A stretch of DNA of 41,827 nt from Aduncisulcus paluster (Eukaryota), in contig BQXS01012524.1 of the NCBI GenBank assembly GCA_024181965.1, positions 1 through 41,827 of the forward strand. Reading direction: 5' to 3'. The stretch's first letter is position 1. Every line of letters begins with the position of its first letter. A program made the translations under genes and the position numbers. The notes below the pieces were generated by a model that worked only from the letters and a program-made list of their open reading frames with translations, searched no databases and was not told the DNA's origin. Shown piece after piece: positions 33,128 through 41,827 of the stretch.

Positions 33128-36100
33128 ATGTTATTTCGTATTTTAGGTATCAAATCTCATAAAAGAGGCGATATTCCTGCTACAACGGATAAAAAAGATG
33201 ACATAAAACAAAGTAGTGATCATAAAAGTGACGTAAAGGCAGCTGATATTTCGACTAGATCAAGAAAAGGGCGTGATACGAAAATTCCTGGGGCAATTGA
33301 TGTTGGAAAAGGCCATTCGGTAAATATTGGCAAAATATCCAGTCCTAGTCGTGATACAAGTGTTTTTGGTGGTAATCCCATATATTCCTTCCCTCATTCC
33401 CCTCTTAGAGTGCCACTTCCCTCCCATAAACGGTCTATCCAATCTCAACCGGATCAAGCGGCATCATTTGCACATAAAAGACGACACACGATATCACATT
33501 CCCCTATATTTCCAAGAGTTGAGGATAGTTTCCATATGAGTGACAGTATCGTCATGGGGGATAGTTTGTGTCTTGGGAGTGGGTTTGAAAGCGATATAAG
33601 TGGGGTGAAAGGTGGAAGTAGCATTGTAATGAACACCCCTTCGATTGCTGGACAATATTCCCCCTCATGCTCTGTCTCATTTATTAAGGGATCACATGTA
33701 CCATCAAATCCCGTTCAAAGTTCATCCATAATTAAAAAATCACAGTCCGAAGTTCCATTTCACGACATATCAAAGTCTCGAATCCAGATAACGAAGAGTG
33801 CAAGTCCAAGAAGGAGTTCGTCTCACGCACATCCAGAAACCTCCACAACCACTTCCTCTCCAAACAGCCTTAGCATTACTGATTTGAGCCACTCACCATT
33901 ACCTTCCTTCAAACAATCATTGAAATCTAAAAATAGAAAATCTATTATTAGAATGTTAGAGCAGGAAGAAGAAGCTCTTGAGGATTCTATCCCTCCTCCT
34001 CCTCCACTCTCACGTAATTCTCATCCTTTGCATTCCTCAAGGGTTTTAAGTGATATTTCTTCTGCAATAAGTGCTGGTGGTGTCAATGAGTTTGAGTCAT
34101 CCTCTCACAGCCTTCGTGAAGAGATTCGTGAACTCAAGGATAAGTTAGAAGCCTTCAAGAAACGTGAAGAGGAATATCAGGCTCTGTGGGAGCAAAGAGA
34201 GGCTTGGAAAGATAAATCGAGGCTTGAAGAAGAGCAGAAACGCAAAAAACAACTTGAATATGAATCGAATCTCAATAGAAGAGAGGAGAAACTCCAACAA
34301 ATCGAAGCGGATTTAACTCAGGGGAAAAAAGAGCTTGCCGACAAGACAAAGGTTATTCTTGAGAAAAGCAAGCAATTAGAACAGGAAAGATTGAGATTTG
34401 ACAAAGAACTTGAAGAAATGCGCTTAGTTCATGAGAAAGAATCGCTCTCGATCGATGAGCAAAAAAATCATATTTCAAACGAACAGATATCCCTTGAGTT
34501 GAAAGAGAAACGTCTTAAAGAAGAACAAACTAGTTTTGAAATGATGCAGAAATCTTTCTTGGATGTTAAAGCAAAACAAGACGCAGATCTGAAAACTCAA
34601 GAGAAGTTGCTTGAATCGAGATGTGAGGAATTACTCAAGGAAAAAGAGCAATTAAGTCAAAATATTAAGGAATTTGAAGCAGAATCTGCTAGAAAAACTG
34701 ATTCTATTTCTGTCCAACTTTCTCAAATTGATCAAGATAGGAGTACATTAGATTCCGAGCGAGAATCTCTGAGAGATGAAAAAGAAGCTTTTCAGAGGCT
34801 CATTGTTTCTGAACAAGAATCTATTGATTGTGAAAAAAAGAAATATAAGGAAAAATGTGAACTTATCGATTCTGAACGGATATCCCTAGAAAAAGCAAAG
34901 AAACAATTCGAATTTGATTGTGAAACTCAAAGAAAAGAAATAGAATCTCAAAAAAGCGATGTTCAACAATCGTTATTGGAATTAGAAAAAGATAAAAATA
35001 GCTTAATTGAGAAAGAAGGAGATCTTAAATCAAAGAAAGAAGATATGGAACGTCAATTGAAAGAGATAGAAATCAAATCAAGAAATTATCTCGAAAAACA
35101 AACCAAATTAATTCAAGAAGATTCAGAATTAAGGGAAAAAATTCAAAAATTTGAAAAGGAATCAATGTTATTCGAACAAGAAAGGTCTCAAAACATGCTA
35201 AAAACTAAGAAAGAATCGGAAAAATTGAAACAATCGCAGATTTCGGTGAGAAAATCTCAAGAAGCTCTTAAAATAGAACAGAGTCAGTTAAAATTGGAGC
35301 AAGATCAGCTAAAAATAGATCAAGAACGACTTATTGAGACTCAAGATTCGCAAACTCAACTCCAAATAGATTTGGATTCTCAAATTGAAGATATTTCTTC
35401 TCAAAAGCTATTATTGGAGGAGAAAATTATTGATATTGAATCCAAATTTACTCAGGTTTCCGAACAAACTCAATATAATTTAATGAAAGAAAGCCAATTA
35501 AGAGATAAAGAATCGAGTCTTTTGGCCTTGAAAGAAGAATTACGTTTGAAAGAGGAAGAAATAGAGCGGCATCGTGCAGACAATGCTACGAAGGAACTTG
35601 ACATCTCCACTGAGCTTGACAAGCAGATATCTTCCCTGAAAACTCGGATAACTGAATATAAACAGACTATTATGGAGAAAGAGAAGGAAATTGAAGCATT
35701 GCATACGAGATTTGATGTTTCTTCGAGTGAACTATCATTGGTGTCCTCAAATTTAGTTGAATTAAAGATGAAATATGAAAGAGAGCAAGAAGGAAAAATT
35801 GAAATCAGTGAAAAATGTTCTGATCTTGAAAAAGAAATTTCGTCTTTAACATTAAAATGCGATAGTCTCTCATCTCAGTCGCGAGAACTCACTTCTGAGT
35901 CCCAAGAACTCAGACGAACTCTGAAACTTTCTCAAAAAAAGAATTGTGAATTAGAAAACAAATGTTCCACAGCAGAAGAACAACTATTTAGCAATGAAAC
36001 CGAAATTCAACTCTTAAATGCTTCTTTAGAAAAGCTAAAAATAGATTTTGAGAAAGAAACTGAGCATTATTCCATAACAATAAGTGATCTCAAATCCAAT

Positions 36101-37666
36101 CTTGAAATTGAACAACAAAAAACTAAAAATATCGATTGTGAGAAGGAACGACTCAGTTCTGATCTCAAGCTTGCCCGAAAAAAATACAGTGAAATGGCGG
36201 AATCGACCAAAGAATTAGAATTTTTACTGAGTGAATCCAAGAAATCATCTACCGAAATATCAACAATTCTCCAACGCAAAGAAAGCGAAATTGTTTCCCT
36301 TCAATCTCTGCTTAAAGTTAAGGAAGATGAAACCATTGAATTGATTTCTAGCATCAAATCGATTCAAGAAAAGCAAGTAGAAAAGGAATCTTTTCGATTG
36401 GATACGATTCGTCAAGAAATCAAACAAAGAGAAGATTCAATTGATCAAAGGCAAAAAGAATTTGAAGAAAAGATGAGGGAATTTGTCGATCTTAAACAAA
36501 AGACTCAGGAAATATCTGATTCCCTTGATGAAATGAAAGCTTCTTTAACGAGTCGAGAGGAGAATCTTGCTTCAAGAAGTATTTTGTTAGAAGAAAAGGA
36601 AAAATCCTTTAGAGAAAAAGAGGAAGAAATTTTACAAAAAACTGCAAAACTTCAGGAACACAAAGACAATATTCAAACCGAATATTCAAAACTAAAAATA
36701 GAACGTGAGGAGTGCGAAGAAATATTATTAACGGCAAGAAAACAGGCTTCAATGATGCTTCAAAATGCTAAATCTGAAATTGCTTCAATGGAAGCGGAAG
36801 AACTCAAATCAATTGCCAGTATGAAAGAAACTGCTGAAATCGAAATTAAAAAGCAGAAAGAATCTCTTCGAATTCTCCGAGAAAATGCCATTTTGGAAGT
36901 TGAGGAAGCTCGAAGACAAAATTTAGAGATTTTAGCTGAAATTGAAAGATTCCATACCCCTTCTCCAGCCTTGACTCTTCATGAAGATGACGAAGACAAA
37001 ACCACCAAAGCTTTGAGGTCGAGTGTGCATGAAGAGAAGAAGAAGAAGAAGCAAGAGAGAAAGACTGAAGAAGACACAGAGGAAATTATTGAAGGTGAAA
37101 TGTCTGATGAAGAGTATAAGAAAATCCTTCTTCTCAATCCGAAATCTATTGTTAGGTCAAGACATCTCCATCTTCAAACGAGAAGAGAAAGGAAAAGTTC
37201 AAATTTGAAATCTCTTGAATCTCTTGTTTCTTTTGGATTTGACAAAGAATCGCTCCCATTATTCTTTTCTTCAGGTCGTTATCAACAAGAAATTGAGAAA
37301 GATGGGTTTCTTGGCGGATCTTATTCGGTTTATAATCTCATTCGAAGATCGGTATCTCCGATACCAGGTGTCTTGCAAAGAGAAGATCAGTCTCGAAAAA
37401 TGGATCAAAACGCACAAGATACCAGGGTTCATCAACTTGTGCCAAAACTACCCGAGTTTAAACCATCGTCTTCATCGGGAGTCGATTCATTTTCAACAAT
37501 AACTGGAGAAAAGATTCTTAAACAAGTTATTGAAAAGAAAGAGCATCAAACAAGAACATTGGAGACAATCGCTCCGAAAACGACAAATATGCTCCCCAAT
37601 TACGACACATTCGATTTGATTATTCCTCAGGGTTTAAGTCAGACCGATTTCTATGAATGGTTCTGA
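33128..37666 (+). CDS. 1512-aa protein with a Ser/Pro-rich N-terminus and a ~950-aa coiled coil
   Basis: Long ORF with an E/K/Q/L heptad-rich centre. No motor or ATPase motif seen. Confidence 0.88.
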   Translation: MLFRILGIKSHKRGDIPATTDKKDDIKQSSDHKSDVKAADISTRSRKGRDTKIPGAIDVGKGHSVNIGKISSPSRDTSVFGGNPIYSFPHSPLRVPLPSHKRSIQSQPDQAASFAHKRRHTISHSPIFPRVEDSFHMSDSIVMGDSLCLGSGFESDISGVKGGSSIVMNTPSIAGQYSPSCSVSFIKGSHVPSNPVQSSSIIKKSQSEVPFHDISKSRIQITKSASPRRSSSHAHPETSTTTSSPNSLSITDLSHSPLPSFKQSLKSKNRKSIIRMLEQEEEALEDSIPPPPPLSRNSHPLHSSRVLSDISSAISAGGVNEFESSSHSLREEIRELKDKLEAFKKREEEYQALWEQREAWKDKSRLEEEQKRKKQLEYESNLNRREEKLQQIEADLTQGKKELADKTKVILEKSKQLEQERLRFDKELEEMRLVHEKESLSIDEQKNHISNEQISLELKEKRLKEEQTSFEMMQKSFLDVKAKQDADLKTQEKLLESRCEELLKEKEQLSQNIKEFEAESARKTDSISVQLSQIDQDRSTLDSERESLRDEKEAFQRLIVSEQESIDCEKKKYKEKCELIDSERISLEKAKKQFEFDCETQRKEIESQKSDVQQSLLELEKDKNSLIEKEGDLKSKKEDMERQLKEIEIKSRNYLEKQTKLIQEDSELREKIQKFEKESMLFEQERSQNMLKTKKESEKLKQSQISVRKSQEALKIEQSQLKLEQDQLKIDQERLIETQDSQTQLQIDLDSQIEDISSQKLLLEEKIIDIESKFTQVSEQTQYNLMKESQLRDKESSLLALKEELRLKEEEIERHRADNATKELDISTELDKQISSLKTRITEYKQTIMEKEKEIEALHTRFDVSSSELSLVSSNLVELKMKYEREQEGKIEISEKCSDLEKEISSLTLKCDSLSSQSRELTSESQELRRTLKLSQKKNCELENKCSTAEEQLFSNETEIQLLNASLEKLKIDFEKETEHYSITISDLKSNLEIEQQKTKNIDCEKERLSSDLKLARKKYSEMAESTKELEFLLSESKKSSTEISTILQRKESEIVSLQSLLKVKEDETIELISSIKSIQEKQVEKESFRLDTIRQEIKQREDSIDQRQKEFEEKMREFVDLKQKTQEISDSLDEMKASLTSREENLASRSILLEEKEKSFREKEEEILQKTAKLQEHKDNIQTEYSKLKIEREECEEILLTARKQASMMLQNAKSEIASMEAEELKSIASMKETAEIEIKKQKESLRILRENAILEVEEARRQNLEILAEIERFHTPSPALTLHEDDEDKTTKALRSSVHEEKKKKKQERKTEEDTEEIIEGEMSDEEYKKILLLNPKSIVRSRHLHLQTRRERKSSNLKSLESLVSFGFDKESLPLFFSSGRYQQEIEKDGFLGGSYSVYNLIRRSVSPIPGVLQREDQSRKMDQNAQDTRVHQLVPKLPEFKPSSSSGVDSFSTITGEKILKQVIEKKEHQTRTLETIAPKTTNMLPNYDTFDLIIPQGLSQTDFYEWF

Positions 37667-37715
37667 GAGTTGAAAGGTTTGGTATATCTTTAATGAAATA
37701 TTCAAGTTGAAACGC

Positions 37716-37798
37716 CAACACTGGGTTTGAATTTTAGGATCAACACTGGGTTTGAATTTTAGGATCAACACTGGGTTTGAATTTTAGGATCAACACTG
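37716..37798 (+). repeat. Tandem repeat, 3 exact copies of caacactgggtttgaattttaggat (25 nt) plus a partial copy
   Basis: Units start at 37716, 37741 and 37766, with a partial unit at 37791. Confidence 0.97.
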
Positions 37799-38149
37799 TT
37801 GATTCAACAGTGTTAGTATATGGTCGACCACCAAATGTCCTCATCTTCTTCCACATCTTATCCACATGAAACAAACTCTTCTTCTTCCTAACTTAGAAGT
37901 TCTAAGAGACCCATTATCCTTTGCTCTTGAAAAGTAAGTACTTTATGTAAGTCTGATCATCAAGGAGCTGTTTTTTCCATACTTTACTTCATGATTCATA
38001 CCCATTGAATATAAACATTGAAGTTCATTGAACAAGTTGTTCAACAGGTTTAATAACAATATTGTTATAACAATAATAAAATTACAAAGCTCGACACTCT
38101 GGTCACATACGAAGGTATAATATCCTTTGCAGACAATACCATCATTGAA

Positions 38150-39241
38150 TTATTTCCACGGACGTAGAGATAATCGTTCAGCTGCAACGGTTTCCTCGGG
38201 CATAGTAAATACAAGGGAGTATATCTCGAACCTTCGACTATTCTTCTCTTTCCACGTTCCTTTCCCTTCAATCTCACACAATACAACGTTAGCCAAATCA
38301 ATAGGAAGGAAGTGCCATTCAAACCAATGTTTAGGTTTTGTGAATTCATACTTCTTGGATGTCTTCTTACCATCACAATCAGTGAAAGTGAAGAGAAGAG
38401 AGGGAGAACTAAAATCCTTAATCACACAGATATAGGCACCTCCGATGGGACTAGGTGATGGGAAAGGGATGGAAAGATGGGATAACCATACATCACATTC
38501 CCCTTTTAACATTGCTTGTGCTTTTGAACTCTGATCATAATACTCAGTTTCCTTACGAAACGCATCATCCTTGCACTTAACCATTGAGAATGAAGGATCA
38601 ACAAGCTTTGGATCATCACGTGCAATGGGAATAGATTCTTTATCTCCTTCCTTAACAAACTCTGGTTTCACGACTGGAGTTTCAGACCATAGTTTCTCTC
38701 TGGCTTCACGAGATTTGATTTCTTCAGGGGTTTCTTCTCTACTAATGAAAACAAGGGAGATGATTCCAAAATACTCTTTCCTTCTTCCTTTCCCTGTAAT
38801 CTCACACAAAACAACATCAGGGAGATCAACAGGAAGGAAATACCAATGAAAACCATGAAATTCAGGAAATTCGTATTTCTTGGATGTTTTCTCACCCTTT
38901 AAAGATGTGAGAGTGAAGATAAGATGTGATGGAGGTGATTCTAAATAAACATCATATAGACAGATGAAAGCCCCTTTCATTGGGGAAGATGAAGAGAAAG
39001 GAATGGAGATATGGGTAAATTGTCCTAAATTAAACTCTCCTTTCATCATCTTTTGTGCATAAGAACTCTGATCGTACGCATATTCACCTTCTTCCAAGGT
39101 TCCATTAATTGCCGTGATAGTTGGAAGCTCTACATTCTTAACATTGGGGGAATCTCGGGGAATTGGACAACAAGTCCAACCTCCTCCATGAACATACTCA
39201 GGTTGCATGGTTTGAATAATAGCATCTGTGGATGAACTCAT
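38150..39241 (-). CDS. 363-aa two-domain family protein, paralogue of 16206-17309
   Basis: Same repeated motifs; about 52 substitutions and 2 indels versus copy A by hand alignment. Confidence 0.92.
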   Translation of the reverse strand: MSSSTDAIIQTMQPEYVHGGGWTCCPIPRDSPNVKNVELPTITAINGTLEEGEYAYDQSSYAQKMMKGEFNLGQFTHISIPFSSSSPMKGAFICLYDVYLESPPSHLIFTLTSLKGEKTSKKYEFPEFHGFHWYFLPVDLPDVVLCEITGKGRRKEYFGIISLVFISREETPEEIKSREAREKLWSETPVVKPEFVKEGDKESIPIARDDPKLVDPSFSMVKCKDDAFRKETEYYDQSSKAQAMLKGECDVWLSHLSIPFPSPSPIGGAYICVIKDFSSPSLLFTFTDCDGKKTSKKYEFTKPKHWFEWHFLPIDLANVVLCEIEGKGTWKEKNSRRFEIYSLVFTMPEETVAAERLSLRPWK

Positions 39242-39400
39242 TTGAATAGCGATAGAATATCTTATCTAAAAAAATAAAAACAAGCAGAATAATAATAGTA
39301 TTTGTGAACAAACAGAATAATTGCGAATTTCAAGGAGAACAGTCCGAGAAACAAAGACAAAAACAAGCACGAACAAGAAACGACCACACAGCACGATCTA

Positions 39401-39744
39401 GTCAGTGAATTTGGATGACAATGATTAATATATATCTTAATATGTATTTAACAACAGATATGACATATAGTAAATATATAATGTGTTATTAACGAAAGAA
39501 AAGATAACGACCAAACCCACAACCCCCGATTGGCAAACTCAGGTGGATGATGTCAGTAGAGTAGTCTCGATAATGTTCAGANNNNNNNNNNNNNNNNNNN
39601 NGTCAGTGAATTTGGATGACAATGATTAATATATATCTTAATATGTATTTAACAACAGATATGACATATAGTAAATATATAATGTGTTATTAACGAAAGA
39701 AAAGATAACGACCAAACCCACAACCCCCGATTGGCAAACTCAGG
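39401..39744 (+). repeat. Gap-associated duplication (offset 201) with a 38-nt chimeric insert before the N gap 39582-39601
   Basis: 39401-39543 recurs from 39602, and 39544-39581 equals 12976-13013. Confidence 0.88.
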
Positions 39745-40300
39745 AAGTAATATCGTATAATATATGCATAAAAATATATGAACATTTTCTTTGGAACATA
39801 TATTAAATGCCATCCTTGTGAGTCCACTCCTGACAATGACATTCAAAATCCGTTTCATTATCTCCCTATTTGCCAACACATCGAATTACAAAGTTCCCCT
39901 TTACAATGATAAAATCATCTTGTAATCCGTGAATGCCATCGACATGGGTATTCTATTGTTATTTTGCTTTGTTTGTTGCTTTGTTTGTTGTTTTCCTGTT
40001 GGAGCTCTTGTATTCTGTTGTTTGACATTTGTGTATTCTCCCCAAAACAATTGATTAAACAATATCACTCGTTTTATTATCCATTGCCATTTATTTGATG
40101 TATATTTCTATTTTGAATCGATTTGTACCCTTAAATGCCCATCCTGTGCAGTCTCTACAAGATGCTGGATGAAATTTGACAATTTCCTGCTGGAGCAAGA
40201 AAACTGAGAAGTGAAATAGAATTAAATATAATCACTTTTATTGTGCTAATAATTATCCGTTTCCCTAACCTCGCCAGAATATTCCATCCAATATACTATT

Positions 40301-40579
40301 CTATACATCTTCTCCAATCTCTACAAACCACACTTCCTCGGCAACATGAATCCCTGCGGCTCTTTGGCAAATACGATAAGCCTCCAGAATATATCCAGAA
40401 AGCTCAGATATAATCATATTCTTTCGAGTGATCCACACAAGACGATCACAAGGTTTGACTCTCCTTTCTTCGTGAATATTCAAACCCACAAGACTCAGTG
40501 ACGCGTTGATCCACGCCCACTCGCCAACAAGGTGTGATGGAAGGCAGGCAAGTGGGGCCAGATCGTCGAGTTCTTTGAA
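40301..40579 (-). pseudogene. Second 5'-truncated duplicate of the last 93 codons of the 365-3595 gene
   Basis: Same breakpoint as copy A; N>D and V>I changes relative to the parent. Confidence 0.8.
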
Positions 40580-41055
40580 ACTAGATCGTGCTAATACCAC
40601 CCATCAACTCGGCGTATCCAGTTGAAACCAATCTGAATGCAAGAGGATCAAATTGGCATGGAACCACGAAGTTAAACAATCATTTTTACTGTTCTTTGAT
40701 CCAAAATAACATAATAGCTACAATTCGTGTCTGTTCCTTCACTTTCAATTAAGAAAAACATACAACGCAATGTTCCATGGAACTTCCATGCGTAATAAGT
40801 TGAATATTCAATATTTAAAATATTATAATAATATGATTATTGCAATGACACAATATCGAACAATTATGGATATTAAGTAGGATCTGTTGTCAAGCAAACA
40901 TCCAATAATAATACTATTATAATAATAATAATAATAAAAAAAAATAGCTTCAAACTATAACAATAATTTCTGATGAAGAAGAATTAAATTGAATATAATA
41001 TGCTATAATTAGAAGATTTGAGAATAACATAATCTAACCATAATACGATATGGAA

Positions 41056-41827
41056 TCACCAGTCCCCTCCAGAATCGTCCATATCAAAATCAAGATCCAT
41101 TTCATCAATGAGATCCATTGGAACATCATCTTCTTGCTTATCCTTGGGTTTAGCAATTGACGAAGAAATCGGAACATGATCTTCTTCCTCAGAGAGATCT
41201 AAAACGGGATCTTGAGAAACAGGAGGTTGAGAAACAGGAGGTTGTTCCTCTGTTTTAGGAATTGCTTGGATTGGAGAATCTTCTTTCTTCTCTTCATCTT
41301 CATCAAAATCGAGATCCCCAAAGTCGAGTAAATCCTCTTCGTTCACCTCGTCAATAATTTTTGCTTCTTCTCTCTTCTTCTCCTCTTCTGCTTTCCTTTG
41401 TATTTCTTCTTCTCTTCTCAACTCCTCTTCTCTTTTCAACTCTTCTTCCAACTTCCTCTCTTCCTCTTGTCTTCTTATCTCTTCTTTCCTTGCTTGTTCC
41501 TTCCTTCTTATTTCTGACTGTTTCCTCTCTTCTTCTCTTCGTTTCTCTGAAGCAATTCTCTCTTCTTCTTCTCTTCTTCTCTCTTCCGCTTCTCTTCTTC
41601 TCTCTTCTTCTTCTCTTCTCTTCCTCTCCTCTTCTTCCTCTCTCCTCTTTCTTTCCTCTTCTTCTCTCTTTCTCTTCTCCTCTTCGTCTTTCCTTTGTCT
41701 CTCTTCCTCTTCCTTCTTCCTCCTTTCCTCTTCTTTTCTTTCCTCTTCTCTCTTCCTCTCGTCTTCTTCTTTCCTCTTTTGCTCCTCAGATTCCTTCTTT
41801 TTCCTCTCTTCTTCGGGAGTCAATATT
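41056..41827 (-). CDS. 3' part of a gene (5' end outside the window): E/R/K-rich single-alpha-helix region and an acidic tail ending DDSGGDW
   Basis: The frame is open to the window edge and the track start is TTG. EEEERKRR-type periodicity. Confidence 0.8.
   Translation of the reverse strand, partial: ILTPEEERKKKESEEQKRKEEDERKREEERKEEERRKKEEEERQRKDEEEKRKREEEERKRREEEEERKRREEEERRREAEERRREEEERIASEKRREEERKQSEIRRKEQARKEEIRRQEEERKLEEELKREEELRREEEIQRKAEEEKKREEAKIIDEVNEEDLLDFGDLDFDEDEEKKEDSPIQAIPKTEEQPPVSQPPVSQDPVLDLSEEEDHVPISSSIAKPKDKQEDDVPMDLIDEMDLDFDMDDSGGDW

Larger units (their letters stand above)
39390..40592. repeat. Segment bounded by perfect 13-bp inverted repeats (agcacgatctagt at 39390-39402, actagatcgtgct at 40580-40592)
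   Basis: Exact reverse complements. The span is 1002 bp after removing the 201-nt gap duplication, the same as copy A. Confidence 0.75.
38092..40610 (-). mobile_element. Dispersed cassette copy B (includes a 201-nt gap-associated duplication)
   Basis: Colinear with 16143-18459 and in the same orientation. Confidence 0.7.

Noticed and set aside
26527-37666. Reassigned stop codons (TAA/TAG read as Gln, as in hexamitid diplomonads)
   Set aside because: The 1500-2000-aa Gln-containing ORFs have no in-frame TAA/TAG, and the family paralogues both end at TAA.
37716-37798. CRISPR array or telomeric repeat
   Set aside because: The units are contiguous with no spacers and no cas genes. TTTAGG is only a fragment of a 25-nt unit.

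Overview
Gene-dense, AT-rich eukaryotic DNA in the standard genetic code, from a flagellated protist. It carries a DNAAF4/DYX1C1 orthologue and has few, short GT-AG introns. The style suggests a free-living fornicate such as a Carpediemonas-like organism (e.g. Aduncisulcus); this is inference only. The assembly is a draft, with three 20-N gaps and artefact-like duplications. Recognisable genes are DNAAF4, an RBM42-like RRM protein, a bacterial-type GT4 glycosyltransferase, a RecQ helicase, a spliced MGCC-acylated protein, a long coiled-coil protein and several hypothetical proteins. One ~2600-aa gene is split into four ORFs by local duplications. The most interesting structure is a dispersed ~2.3-kb cassette: two full copies (16143-18459, 38092-40610) plus a matching segment at 1-643. 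Each full copy has a two-domain gene whose differences cluster in equivalent short loops (~84% aa identity between copies). Next to it is a ~1-kb upstream segment that is ~99% identical between copies, bounded by 13-bp inverted repeats and containing the 3' end of another gene. Cassette flanks and other intergenic regions hold clusters of short, often overlapping palindromes with 0-1-nt spacers, which suggests a fold-back or template-switch repair signature. All counts were done by eye.
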